64,000 nt of DNA from Candidatus Latescibacterota bacterium (GTDB lineage: Bacteria > Latescibacterota > UBA2968), in NCBI GenBank assembly GCA_965198115.1, contig OZ240241.1:6240001-6304000 (forward strand). The letters run 5' to 3'. A program made the position numbers and the translations under genes. Positions 1-11,128 of this stretch are shown one piece after another (the stretch's first letter is position 1; each line of letters begins with the position of its first letter). The notes below the pieces were generated by a model that did no database searches, was not told the DNA's origin, and saw nothing but the letters and a program-made list of their open reading frames with translations.

Positions 1-414
1 CCCGATGAGTTCGAGCGGGCCTGGAAGGTGTCGGTGCTCGGCGCGTTGCTCTGTTCACGGGTCGTGGCGACCGATATGCTGACGGACGAGCGTGGAGGGA
101 CGATCCTGTTCACCGGAGCTACTTCGTCCATCAGGGGGCGCGAAGGCGCGATCGACTTCAGCAGCGCGAAGTTCGGTGTGCGCGGTTTGGCGGATTCGAT
201 GGCGAGGGAGCTGTGGCCGCAGGGCGTTCACGTGGCGCACGTGTTGATCGACGGGGTGATCGCGTCGGAGCAGAATCGGGATGCGGACGACGGGGATCCG
301 CTGCTCGAGCCGAATGAGATTGCGGACGTTTATTGGGATCTGGTCGAGCAGAAACCGTCTGCGTGGACGTTCGAGCTGGAGGTGAGGCCGTTTTCGGAAC
401 GGTTTAACGAGTAG
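1..414 (+). CDS. Short-chain dehydrogenase/reductase (C-terminal part, cut by window start)
   Basis: FTGATSSIRG, FSSAKFGVRGLADSMAREL and GVHVAHVLIDG are typical of one SDR subfamily. Confidence 0.85.
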   Translation, partial: PDEFERAWKVSVLGALLCSRVVATDMLTDERGGTILFTGATSSIRGREGAIDFSSAKFGVRGLADSMARELWPQGVHVAHVLIDGVIASEQNRDADDGDPLLEPNEIADVYWDLVEQKPSAWTFELEVRPFSERFNE

Positions 415-518
415 AACTGCAACACGAAGGCACAAAGACGCGAAGACTGAATGTCGGTGGGAGCGGCCTCCAGGCCGCGAACCAATCTCAGCCCGTTGTC
501 TGTGCCAAGGAGGAATGC

Positions 519-1546
519 GTGAAGGCAGCGATCTATACGGGTGATGAACAGATCGAGTTGCGTGATGTGGAGTCGATGAAGGTTGAGCCGGGGTATGTGA
601 TTGTCGATACGCGGAGCTCTGGCATCTGCGGCAGCGACCTACACAGTTACTTCGGGCATTGGGATCGATCGGAGACGCGAGCGCACGGGCACGAGGTGTG
701 TGGGACGGTTGCCGAGGTGGGGGACGGCGTTGAGGGATTCGCGGTGGGTGACAAGGTGACGATGGAGTGCTTCTCGCACGACGGGACGTGTGCGCTCTGC
801 GATCAGGGCCATTACAACCATTGCTTGGATCGTGGCGGTTTCAGTGGCGACGGACACGGAGGATTCGCGGAAAGCACGATGATGCACGCATCATCACTGT
901 TCAAGCTGCCGGATGATTTCTCGTTCGAGCAGGGCGCACTCGTGGAACCGCTGGCTGGCTGTCATCGGGCAGTGATGCAGGCGGGTGTGACGTCGCGAGA
1001 TCGGGTGGTGGTATTGGGCGGTGGCACGATCGGTTTGTTGACGCTGGCGGCGGCGAAAGCGGCGGGTGTGCGGGAGACGCTGATCACGGTGAAATACCCT
1101 CAGCAGGCAGAGGTGGCGAAGGCTTACGGGGCCGATCGCATCGTGGATGTGAACGAGAGAGCGTGATTGACATCGTGAAGGAATGGACGGACGACCTCGG
1201 GGCGGATTGTGTGATCGAGACGGTTGGCGGAGGGGATAATTTCGACGCGGCTGTCTCGTGCGCACGGAAGCGGGGGACGGTCGTGCTCGTCGCCGGCTAC
1301 TACGAGCCGCTCGAGGTCGATCTGCGGAAAATAGTGTGGTCAGAAGTCGTGGTGACGGGGTCCAACTGCTATGGCTACAGCGGCAGAGAGAAAGATTTCG
1401 ACGCGGCCATCGAGATGATTTCGTCAGGTAGCGTCGATCCGACGAAGATCGTGACCCACCGGTACGGGCTGGGGGACATTGTTGAAGCGTTTCAGGTGGC
1501 GGCGGATAAGAAGAGCGGGAGCGTCAAAGTGCACGTTGTACAGTAG
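519..1546 (+). CDS. Zn-dependent alcohol dehydrogenase (threonine/sorbitol DH-like), one frameshift near 1160
   Basis: GICGSD, GHE, structural Cys cluster and GGGTIG; ORFs 519-1166 and 1163-1546 are consecutive halves; RBS AGGAGG. Confidence 0.88.
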
Positions 1547-1783
1547 AAACACGTTGTGGTGGACGGTAGCCGGTGGACGGTTACGACCTTCGCCTCCCAG
1601 AGCCGAGCGGAGGTTGGGGCGAGCGGACGTGGCATCGATCAGTGGCAAAGTCAGCACCTAACCAACGCAGTGAAACAGAGTGCGGACGGTGGTCCTTGTT
1701 CGATCTAATCGAGCAAGGGCCGTTCGCGTTGGATCGATGCGATGGGCTATTCCGATCAGAGGTCGGAAGTCAGAGGTCAGAAA

Positions 1784-2672
1784 ATGAGCACGGTTGGATT
1801 TATCGGGATCGGTAAGATGGGCAGGCCGATGGGAGAATGTCTGCGGCTGCCGGGTTTCGCCTGTTGGCGCACGATGTGAGAACCGAGGCGGTTGAACCGC
1901 TGCTCGAGAGAGGTGCGGAGGCCTGCGCATCGCCGAGGGAGGTCGCTGAGGCGGCAGACTTTGTTTGCCTCAGCCTGCCGGGACCAGAACAGGCTGAAGA
2001 TGTGGTTTTCGGACCACAGGGTCTGTTGGAGACGATTCGGCCAGGGTGTTCCGTCATCGACTTTACGACCAATTCGGCCGAGACCGTGAGGAAATCGGAA
2101 AGGCGATCGAGTCGAGCGGTGGCCATCTGATCGATGCTCCAGTGACAGGCGGTGTCGAAGGCGCGAAGGATGGGACGTTGACGGTTCTCGTGGGCGGCGA
2201 ACCGTCGGTCGTGTCACGATGTCATCCTGTGTTGGACGCAGTAGGACAGAAGATCGTCCACGTCGGGGCTCTGGGCGCTGGCAGCATCTGCAAGGTCCTC
2301 CACAATTGCGCCGTTTTCTCGTCCAACCTCGCGATGGTGGAGTGTCTGACGACGGGGGTCAAGGCAGGCATCGATCCGAACGTGCTCGTCCGAGTGTTCC
2401 AGGAATCGGGAATCGGTCGTAACGTTGCTCTGCCCGCGCGACTGTTAAGAGGTGTCTTTGAACCCCGTTACACAATGGCGACGGCGCATAAGGATATGAT
2501 GCTGGCTGTCTCGGAGGCGGATCGCTGTGGGGTACCGCTGAGACTCGCCGATCTATGTCGCGAGGATATGGACGAGGCGATGGAGCGAGGCTGGGGCGAT
2601 CAAGACCACACGATTTTCCTCACGCTGCAGGAAGAGCGTGCCGGTGCTCAGGTGAGAATTCAGAGTGAGTAA
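1784..2672 (+). CDS. 3-hydroxyisobutyrate dehydrogenase/beta-hydroxyacid dehydrogenase family, two frameshifts (~1845, ~2095)
   Basis: MSTVGFIGIGKMGRPMG from ATG 1784, DAPVTGG..GA..GTLTVLVGG, KVLHN. Confidence 0.85.
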
Positions 2673-3534
2673 GCAGGGCATTACGGGAATCGATCATCCA
2701 GTCGTCTGCGTACACGATCTGGAGTCGGCGAGGATCGCTTACGAGCGTTTGGGTTTCACGATTCCAGGCCGTGGGATCCACAGTGACTGGGGGACGGGTA
2801 ACTTGTGTATGATGTTCAAAAACGATTACCTCGAGTTGCGTGGTGCTCTGGATCCGGGGAAGGCAACGCCGCAAGTGAGGGAGGTCCTGGATCGCCCTGA
2901 AGGGCTGATGGGCCTCGCACTCGTGACCCTGGATGCGGAAGTTACGAGGATGTCGTTGGCCGCGTCGGGAGTCCGATCTCTGCCGGTGCGCGAGCTTACG
3001 CGTCATTTCGAATTACCGGGAGAGACCAGAGACCCTCGTTTTGCTCTCTGTTTCCTTGAGGATGAGGAGGCGCCGGGGTTAATGTCCGTCGTGTGCTGCC
3101 AGCATCTGACGCCGGATCTGATTCGCGAGCCCGAGTGGCTGGAACACCCCAATGGTGTGCGAAGCGTGACCGGCGTGACATCCGTCGTTGAAGATATCGA
3201 GCGCTCCGGCAACCGCCTCGCACGGATCTTCGGATCTGAAACTGTGAAGTGGGACGGCTGCCAAATCAGTCTTTCGTTGCCCCGCAATCAGCAAATCGTC
3301 GCGATGCCGGTGTCTCATCTGAGCACGGTTTATCCATCGGAGTTTGTCGATCAGCTTCTGGGGAGTCGGGACAAATATGAAGGACTCGCAGTGCTTTCCC
3401 TGTGTGTGAGGGATGTGGAGTCGACCACGAATCTGCTGATCGATCGGAATGTTCGGTTCCAATCGCATCGGGGAAAGATCTATGTGTCCCCCCTCGAAAG
3501 CCTCGGTGTGTTGATCGAACTGGGTCAACTGTGA
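2665..3534 (+). CDS. VOC/glyoxalase-like domain protein
   Basis: IDHPVVCVHDLE, LGF..GIHSDWGTGN..YLEL and HPNG motifs. Confidence 0.85.
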   Translation: MSKQGITGIDHPVVCVHDLESARIAYERLGFTIPGRGIHSDWGTGNLCMMFKNDYLELRGALDPGKATPQVREVLDRPEGLMGLALVTLDAEVTRMSLAASGVRSLPVRELTRHFELPGETRDPRFALCFLEDEEAPGLMSVVCCQHLTPDLIREPEWLEHPNGVRSVTGVTSVVEDIERSGNRLARIFGSETVKWDGCQISLSLPRNQQIVAMPVSHLSTVYPSEFVDQLLGSRDKYEGLAVLSLCVRDVESTTNLLIDRNVRFQSHRGKIYVSPLESLGVLIELGQL

Positions 3535-3571
3535 AAATGTGCGTGCAAGAAGTCCGGGTTCAGCGCAGTGA

Positions 3572-3630
3572 CTTATCGTGTTGAACGGAGATGGCATCGG
3601 GCCGGAGATCGTGCCGGTCGGCGATCGCTC
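3572..3630 (+). pseudogene. N-terminal remnant of an isocitrate/isopropylmalate/tartrate dehydrogenase gene
   Basis: LIVLNGDGIGPEIVP matches the family N-terminal signature; no continuation follows. Confidence 0.6.
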
Positions 3631-3876
3631 GAAAAAGTTCCGAGATGGGCCTAAAAAACAGGACGAATCTGACGACGGGGGCAGAACGACCGGGTTCGGC
3701 CTGTGGCCGGTCGACGAATGGAGAAGACAGAGGGCAGAAGTCAGAGGACAGAAAACGACGGCTTCGCCTTATGACGTTGGCGGCTTGCGCTCAATTCTTT
3801 GTGGCGCGCCCTCCCTCGCCGCTGAGCGGCTTTGGAGGACACTCGGTCTGCCTCGGCGGATCATTGGAGGACCATC

Positions 3877-4533
3877 ATGATCAAATCCCTTTTCTCTATT
3901 TCGTATGCGGGATTTTGGGGTCAGCACCGCCTCGAGCTAAAAGATTTCATCGGGAAGGCAAACGATCTTGGGTATGACGCGGTGATGATCGCGGGGAAAC
4001 GGCCACATCTTTCTCCTCTCGATTCGACACCGGAGCGCATTGCGGAAGTCAAAGGATGGCTCGACGCTGCCAAACTTCCGTGCGGTGTTGTGGCGGGCTA
4101 TACCAATTTCGCCGGTTCGGGGCCCGCCGAGGTTCCGGTGCTCGAAATGCAGATTGCCTATGTGGAAGGATTGGCGCGGATTGCCGGTGGTCTCGGAACG
4201 AAAGTCGTGCGGGTCTTTACGGCGTATGAAGAAGGTGGTTTGCCGCCGATGAAGATCTGGGGCAACGTCGTGGCCAGTCTCCAGGAGTGCAGCGACCGCG
4301 CGGCAGAGCACGATGTGACGATCGCCGTCCAGAATCATCACGACATCGGCGTGCATACAGAGGCGCTGCAGGAGCTTTTGAGCGATATCGATCGGCCAAA
4401 CTGCAAACTAGGGTTCGATGCCTGGTCACCCGCGCTCCGTGGAGAAGACCTGCACGCGATCGCCAAACGGATGGCTCCCGACACGGCGATTACGACGAGC
4501 GCGGACTACGTGCGGCTCCCGCGGTTCCACTAC
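3877..4533 (+). pseudogene. Sugar phosphate isomerase/epimerase (xylose isomerase-like TIM barrel), 5' part, interrupted by IS nest
   Basis: QNHHD and GFDAWSP motifs; reading breaks at CTAG 4533-4536 and resumes at 8426. Confidence 0.85.
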
Positions 4534-5074
4534 TAGTGTCACGTCCCGCGTATAAGCTTCAAAAGTTTATGGACTTTCTCGAGGATTGAATCTGCCGTGG
4601 CGGTCCAGACGAAGGGTGTAGAATTCTCGTTGTAGTGATCAGTGAATTTCTTGATGCAGGCGATCAGGTCCTTGACGCTTCTGAAGGTGCCTCGTCGAAT
4701 GGCTCTTTGGGTGATGATACCGAACCAGATCTCTACCTGGTTCAGCCAGGAGGCATATGTTGGTGTGTAGTGCACGTGATATCGTTTCCGTGAGGCGAGC
4801 CAACGCTTGACGTTCGGGTGCTTGTGCGTGCCGTAATTATCGACGACCAGATGGATGTCGAGATCCTTTGGGACGTTCTTGTCGATGTGCTTGAGGAACT
4901 GAAGGAACTCTTTGTTGCGGTGTCTGGGCTTGCACTGAGTCAGAACTTTGCCGGATGCGATGTTGAGCGCTGCAAAGAGGGTGGTCGTGCCGTTCCGGAT
5001 ATAGCTGTGAGTGACGCCCTCGACGTATCCGAGACCCAAAGGAAGAATCGGTTGTGTCCGTTCGAGTGCTTGAA

Positions 5075-6448
5075 GAGTTCAGGTCAATAGGTGTGTAAAA
5101 GAAATCAGGCGGCCATCTTCCCGGCTTCGACCTGCGGTCCGGTTGAGTGTTTCTGATCGTAGACTTGTTGTAGCAAGTGTGGCGCGGTGAGTTTCCTGAA
5201 TCGGCTCTCTGCGACCTTGAGCGTACGCCAGATGAGAGTCGTGGCGTTCCTGACTTTCTTGAATCGCCTGGCGGCGTTTGTGCGAAGCCGAACGGAAGCA
5301 AAGGGGCTCTCGACGACGTTCGTGGTTCTCAGGTGTTTCCAGTGTTCCTTCGGGAAGTCGTAGAACGTGACCATCCGATCCCAGTCTCTTTCGAGCGTCT
5401 CCACGGCGGCAGGGAACTGTGAGCGATACCGTGCGGCAAAGCGTTTCCGGAGCTTCTCGGCCTCCTTTTTCGTGCCGGCATAGGGGATCTGGACGAGCAG
5501 TGCGCGGGCTTCAGCCTGTGCACGCTTGGCGACCTTGTCGAGCACGTTGAGGATCTTGTGGTTCCAGCACCGTTGTTGCCGGCTCTCTGGCCAGACCTGA
5601 TCAACGGCCGCCCAGATGCCCATATTCCCGTCCGCGGCGATCAGGACAGGATGTTCGAGCCCGCGATCCCGGAGATCCCGTAGCACCGTGAGCCAGGATT
5701 CTGTAGACTCTCGATAACCGGGTTCTATCGCCAGGATCTCCTTGCTGCCGTCGCTCATCGCGCCGATCACGACCAGCAGACACGCCTTCTCGCGCTCGAG
5801 CCCGGCTTTGACGTAGATGCCATCAGCCCAGGCGTAGACCAGTTCGCGATTATCCAGACGCCTTTCTTTCCAGTCCTGGAAGTCGACCTCCCACTTCCCT
5901 CGAAGACGAGCGATCGAGGTCGGCGAAAGCGGCGCGCCATCACCGAGCAGCGCACGCAAAGACAACTCGAAGTCGCCCTGGGAGAGACCGTGGAGATAAA
6001 GGTCGGGAAGCAGATCTCCAATGGCCCTGGTTCTCCGGGCGAACAGGGGGAGGATGCGGCTTTCAAACCGCTCTTCCAGACCACGAACCCGGGGACGCCG
6101 GACCTTGATCGTTCCGCAGCTCGTCGAGAGACGCCGGGGCTTGCCGTAGCCGTTCCTGTAGCCCCTGGAGCTATCGACCTCGGCTCGGCGCTCATACCAC
6201 GACCGGCCCAAGAACGCGGTCGCCTCCTCCTCCAGAATGGACTGGAACCGGCCCTGGATCTCTTCACGGATCCAATCGTCAACCGTCTCCCACGTCGGCA
6301 TGGACTTCAATGGGGCTCTATGCGTATGTTCCTTCACGGCGATCCTCCTTCCCAACCGGGCCTCTCACCCGGTTTTGTGTGAATCAACTATCTCACGGGA
6401 AGGGTAGGGTCGCCCTTTCTCTTTTTCCACACCTTTTGATTATAGCTC
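5075..6448 (-). mobile_element. IS256-family element nested in IS630-A
   Basis: 9-bp direct repeat GTGCTTGAA at 5066-5074 and 6449-6457; imperfect 26-bp terminal IRs. Confidence 0.95.
5105..6355 (-). CDS. IS256-family (Mutator-like) transposase
   Basis: YRNGY, WADGIY, ADG, QRCWNHK, LRTTNVVESPF. Confidence 0.95.
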   Translation of the reverse strand: MGRRIAVKEHTHRAPLKSMPTWETVDDWIREEIQGRFQSILEEEATAFLGRSWYERRAEVDSSRGYRNGYGKPRRLSTSCGTIKVRRPRVRGLEERFESRILPLFARRTRAIGDLLPDLYLHGLSQGDFELSLRALLGDGAPLSPTSIARLRGKWEVDFQDWKERRLDNRELVYAWADGIYVKAGLEREKACLLVVIGAMSDGSKEILAIEPGYRESTESWLTVLRDLRDRGLEHPVLIAADGNMGIWAAVDQVWPESRQQRCWNHKILNVLDKVAKRAQAEARALLVQIPYAGTKKEAEKLRKRFAARYRSQFPAAVETLERDWDRMVTFYDFPKEHWKHLRTTNVVESPFASVRLRTNAARRFKKVRNATTLIWRTLKVAESRFRKLTAPHLLQQVYDQKHSTGPQVEAGKMAA

Positions 6449-7083
6449 GTGCTTGAATCTGGCTCTTCTCGTCTACACAGAGCACCATCGCGTTGTCCGG
6501 TGGGTTCAGGTATAGACCGACGATATCCCTGACTTTCTCGACGAAGAAGGGATCGTTCGACAGTTTGAAGTGCTTCTGTCGATGCGGTTGCAGGCCAAAA
6601 GCTTTCCATACACGTTGAACCGAGGACTTGGAGAGCCCCGTCTCGTCGGCCATCGAACGACAGGTCCAGTGGGTGGCACCCTTCGGTTGCTTCTTGAGCG
6701 TCTTGTAGATGAGGGAGGAGATCTCTTCGTCGCTGACCGACCGTGGCCCTCCAGGACGCAATTCGTCATACAGTCCCATCAAGCCTTGCTCGCAGAAGCG
6801 ACGACGCCACTTGCCGACAGACGCTCCGGACAACCCGACTCGTTCCGCGATCTCCTGATTGGTCAGACCGCAATCGCTCATCAAGACGATCTTCGCGCGA
6901 CGCACCAAAGCGTGAGACATGCTACGCGAACGAGACAATGACTCGAGTTGATCGTGGACCTCATCACTGATGTTCAGTGGCTGTAACGGACGACCTCTAG
7001 CCATCGGTTCCTCCCAAGAATGAGTGCTTGAGGAACCATACGACAGAATCGAATATTTTTCTAGTTATTCCTGGGACGTGACA

Positions 7084-7257
7084 CTAGTGGCCTGTTACGA
7101 AAGTAGTACTGGACTTTTGCTGCCAGACTGAGAGGCGTCAGTTCGAGCGTAGTCGAGAACACGCCCATTACGAATCGCGAATAGGGACTTCTCGACTCCG
7201 CTCGAAGTGACCCTGCTCTCCCGATTTTAAAGGGCGATTAACGTGACAGCCCACTAG
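7084..7257. mobile_element. 174-bp MITE-like non-autonomous element containing an inverted REP-like pair
   Basis: Ends CTAGTGGCCTGTTACG and CGTGACAGCCCACTAG form an imperfect 16-bp IR; internal GTCAGTTCGAGCGTAGTCGAGAA and TTCTCGACTCCGCTCGAAGTGAC are inverted. Confidence 0.7.
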
Positions 7258-8425
7258 TGTCTCGTCTCAGGAATAACTAGAAAAATTCGTGATACAGTCG
7301 TAAGGTTCCTCAGGCACTCATTGTGAGGAGGAACCGATGGCAAGAGGTCGTCCGTTACAACCACTGAACATCAGTGATGAAGTCCGCGATCAACTCCAGT
7401 CGTTGTCCGGTTCGCGCAGCATGCCTCACGCTCTGGTGCGTCGGGCGAAGATCGTCCTGCTGAGCGATGGTGGTCTGACCAATCAGGAGATCGCCGAACG
7501 AGTCGGGTTGTCCGGAGCGTCCGTTGGCAAATGGCGCCGTCGCTTCTGCGAGCAAGGCTTGATGGGACTGTATGACGAGTTACGTCCTGGTGGTCCGCGG
7601 TCCGTTAGCGACGAAGAGATCTCCTCACTCATCTACAAGACGCTCAAGAAGAAGCCGAAGAGTGCCACCCACTGGACCTGTCGAGCGATGGCCGATGAGA
7701 CGGGCCTCTCAAAGTCCACAGTGCAACGTGTATGGAGAGCCTTTGGACTGCAGCCGCATCGTCAGAAGCACTTCAAGCTGTCGAACGATCCCTTCTTCGT
7801 CGAGACAGTCAGGGATATCGTCGGTTTATACCTGAACCCGCCGGACAACGCAATGGTGCTCTGCATAGACGAGAAGAGCCAGATTCAAGCACTCGAACGG
7901 ACGCAACCGATTCTCCCTTTGGGCCTCGGGTATGTCGAGGGCGTCACTCACAGCTATACACGGCACGGCACGACTACCCTCTTTGCGGCGCTCAACATCG
8001 CATCAGGAAAAGTCCTGACTCAGTGCAAGCCCAGACATCGCAACAGAGAGTTCCTTCAGTTCCTCAAGCACATTGACAAAAACGTCCCGAAGGATCTCGA
8101 CATCCATCTGGTCGCCGATAACTACGGCACTCACAAGCACCAGAACGTCAAACGTTGGCTCACCTCACGTAAAAGATACCACGTGCACTACACACCAACG
8201 TATGCCTCCTGGCTAAACCAGGTAGAGATCTGGTTCGGCATCATCACACAAAGAGCAATCCGACGAGGAACCTTTCGGAACGTCAAGGATCTGATCACCT
8301 GCATCCAGAAGTTCACAGACCAATACAATCAGAACTCAAAGCCTTTCGTGTGGACGGCAACCGCTGACTCGATCCTCGACAAACTCAACAGACTTCTAAA
8401 ACTTATTCGCGGGACACGACACTAG
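7254..8425 (+). mobile_element. IS630-family element B, intact
   Basis: Ends CTAGTGTCTCGTC and GGGACACGACACTAG; close paralog of element A. Confidence 0.95.
7337..8425 (+). CDS. IS630-family transposase, 362 aa
   Basis: HTH region plus DDE motifs; the stop TAG lies in the CTAG target site. Confidence 0.95.
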   Translation: MARGRPLQPLNISDEVRDQLQSLSGSRSMPHALVRRAKIVLLSDGGLTNQEIAERVGLSGASVGKWRRRFCEQGLMGLYDELRPGGPRSVSDEEISSLIYKTLKKKPKSATHWTCRAMADETGLSKSTVQRVWRAFGLQPHRQKHFKLSNDPFFVETVRDIVGLYLNPPDNAMVLCIDEKSQIQALERTQPILPLGLGYVEGVTHSYTRHGTTTLFAALNIASGKVLTQCKPRHRNREFLQFLKHIDKNVPKDLDIHLVADNYGTHKHQNVKRWLTSRKRYHVHYTPTYASWLNQVEIWFGIITQRAIRRGTFRNVKDLITCIQKFTDQYNQNSKPFVWTATADSILDKLNRLLKLIRGTRH

Positions 8426-8653
8426 GAAGGATTGACTAATTACGTTGTCGCAGAGCCGGAGATGGGCCGTGCCGTGCCCTTTGGTGACGGGTTCATCGAC
8501 TATGACGCGTTCTTCACGGGGCTGAAAGAGGGTGGGTTCGAGGGCATCGCGACGTTCGAGATGTGTTCTCAACTCCGTGGTGGAGGGGACCTCGAGAACC
8601 TCGATTTTTGTGCGAAAAGATACCTGACGTGGATGGATGAGAGAGGGTTTTGA
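8426..8653 (+). pseudogene. 3' part of the sugar phosphate isomerase begun at 3877
   Basis: AVPFGDGFIDY..FFTGLKEGGFEG..TFEMC is the TIM-barrel C-terminus. Confidence 0.85.
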
Positions 8654-8749
8654 GAAGAACGGATGCATTGACCAGTGACAAAAGACGGCGGTGATGGCCT
8701 TGGCAAACTCTTCGTCTGAGATGAACGGGACCTGGTTTGACTGGCCTTA

Positions 8750-10011
8750 GTACTCCTGTTCTCAAATACGGTGACGTATTCTAAGCAGACTTTGCCAAGG
8801 GCGTATCGTAGAACCTGAGTTTGTCGATCATCTCCGCGAGATCTGTTCGTGTGAACTTCCATTTGAAGGGTGTGGCGATACGTCCGTAGCGTTCCTGAAA
8901 ACCGAGGATTCTTGCCTCAAGCTCTTCGAGCGATGCAAATTCGATAGGTGTCAGAGCCTTGCGTTTGAGGATCGAGAAGTAGATCTCGATCTGATTGAGC
9001 CAGCTTGCGTGGATCGGAAGGTGAACGGGGTGGATGTTTGGCCACTTCCCCTGGATACGGTCGATGCATGTTTGCCCTCGGTGCGAGGAGCCATTATCCA
9101 CGATGAGGTAGACTTTCTTTGCCGAGCAATAGGGTTTCCGGCTCATGATCAGGCTCAGGAGCCGGTTGAAGGGCTCGATACCCGAAGAAGACTCACAGAG
9201 ACCGAAGATTCGACCATTGTGCACGTCGAGAGCAGCCAGATAGGCCAGGGCTCCTTTCCGCTCGTATTCGTGTTTCAACGCGTGCCGCTCTGTTCGAGGC
9301 TGGCGGTAGGGTAACGTGCTTGCGAGCTCGTGCTTGAATACTGGTCTTTTCGTCGGCAGAAAGTACATATTCCCTCGGCCCTAAAGGCTTTCCTTGCCAT
9401 TGGCGGTGATACAGATCAAGGACTCTACCTGCTTTGGTTTGGAAGTCCGGGTCCCGTGGGAAAATCCAGGAGCGATGATACCAAGGACGAATCGCGTCCT
9501 CGTTCAACCAGCGCCAGACAGTGGCGCCGCTGATCTTGGCAACGAAGCCCCTTTGCACTGCCTCGGCGGCAATCTCGGAACAGCTGAACCGCGAGAGCGG
9601 TATCCCGCTCTCGCTCGGTAGTTCACACGCCAGCGCCTTGATCTGAACGACCACCTGAGGGGGGAAAACCGGGCGGGCGCCCGGGACGAGATCTATCTTC
9701 GAGTCCCGAAAGACGCTCTTCGAAAAAGCGCTTACGCCATTTGCTTACGATCGGACGAGGGACATCCAACCGTTGGGCGATAATCTTGTTGGATAATCCC
9801 TCGGCGGCGAGAAGCACGATTTTCGATCGGATCACTTGATAATACGGTAACGTATATTGTCCAGCCATTCGCTCGAGGTCGACCCGTTCCTTCTCAGACA
9901 GTAGCACCACATAAGGCGAACGTCTTGGCATTGTTCTCCTCCTTTTGAAGGAGAACATAAGCTACAAATAATGTTCAGGACATACGTAATAATATTTATG
10001 AAACCATGTAC
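8750..10011 (-). mobile_element. IS630-family element C (two-ORF type; transposase 9931-8781)
   Basis: GTAC termini flanked by TTA on both sides; HTH ORF then DEKTSIQA, DNGSSH and SWLNQIEIYF; slippery TTTTCCCCC near 9660; extra frameshift near 9275. Confidence 0.9.
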
Positions 10012-10113
10012 TTAGAGTGAGGCTTACTTTCTTGCACGTCGTAAACACATTGTTCGGGCTACAATCAATCGAATGACCGGATCGTGTCGATCTGGTCGGG
10101 AGCCGCGAAGACG

Positions 10114-10893
10114 ATGACGCATCTTCAAGCCGCCCTGCTGGGCATTGTTCAGGGGTTGACAGAGTTTCTGCCGGTCAGCAGCTCGGGCCACCTCGTGTTG
10201 GGCCAGGCTCTCCTCGGGATCAATGCCGGCGATGTGACTTTCGAAGTAATCGTGCATTTCGGCACGCTGCTGGCCGTAGTGACAGTGCTGCGTCGACGGA
10301 TACGTGACCTGCTGGTGGGTCTGTTTCGAAGAGACCGCACCGCCCTGGTGATGGTTGGTCTGATTGCCCTTGGTTCGGTTCCAGCCGTGGTCGTGGGTCT
10401 GGTGTTCGAGGACAGGATTACGGCTGCCTTTGCGAGTCCTTTTACAGTCTCGATCATGCTGATCGTGACGGGGTGTGTGCTGTTCAGCACGAGAAATCTT
10501 CTGGGTGAGAGAATGGTCGATACGGTCTGGGCAGGGATTGTGATCGGGATCGCACAGGCCGCGGCGATTGTGCCGGGGATCTCTCGGTCCGGTATGACGA
10601 TCTCTGCCGGTCTCTGGTGTAAGGCGGATGCCGGAGAGGCTGCGACGTTTTCCTTCCTTCTGGCGATTCCCATCATTGCCGGTGCAACAGCGCTGAAGGT
10701 GGGTGGGCTCGTTGCGGGGGGACCGGGAACGGAATTCTGGTCGGTGTTGCTGGTCGGGGCGGCGACAGCCTTCGCGTCGGGCGTGTTGTCGATTCGTTGG
10801 CTGCTGTCGATCGTGGCTCGGGGTGAGCTTTCCCGGTTCGCCTATTACTGTTGGGCTGTCGGTATTGCCGGAACAGTCGTTTTCTGGTCTTGA
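10114..10893 (+). CDS. uppP: Undecaprenyl-diphosphate phosphatase
   Basis: GIVQGLTEFLPVSSSGH, HFGT, PGISRSGMTI. Confidence 0.97.
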   Translation: MTHLQAALLGIVQGLTEFLPVSSSGHLVLGQALLGINAGDVTFEVIVHFGTLLAVVTVLRRRIRDLLVGLFRRDRTALVMVGLIALGSVPAVVVGLVFEDRITAAFASPFTVSIMLIVTGCVLFSTRNLLGERMVDTVWAGIVIGIAQAAAIVPGISRSGMTISAGLWCKADAGEAATFSFLLAIPIIAGATALKVGGLVAGGPGTEFWSVLLVGAATAFASGVLSIRWLLSIVARGELSRFAYYCWAVGIAGTVVFWS

Positions 10894-11128
10894 TTGATCA
10901 ACAGTTCATCCTTCCGCCGGTATCTGGTCTCTTTACAGAATTCATCCGTGATGGTGTGTTTGCGGACTAGCAACCCTAGGAGGTGGAAGGAACACTGAGG
11001 CCGCCTGTCGCCTTCCCCTCGGCGCCATTCTGTGGCCGACGCGAGCCTGCTAGGGTCCACAAGTCCACGCAACAGAGTATCCACGCCACCTCTTGGAAAT
11101 CCCTCACATCGGAAGATCGGTTTTCCCG

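Larger units (their letters stand above)
4533..7087 (-). mobile_element. IS630-family element A (transposase 7004-6449 joined to 5074-4539, split by IS256)
   Basis: Perfect 15-bp terminal IR CTAGTGTCACGTCCC at 4533-4547 and 7073-7087; DEKSQIQA, DNYGTHK and SWLNQVEIWF motifs. Confidence 0.95.
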
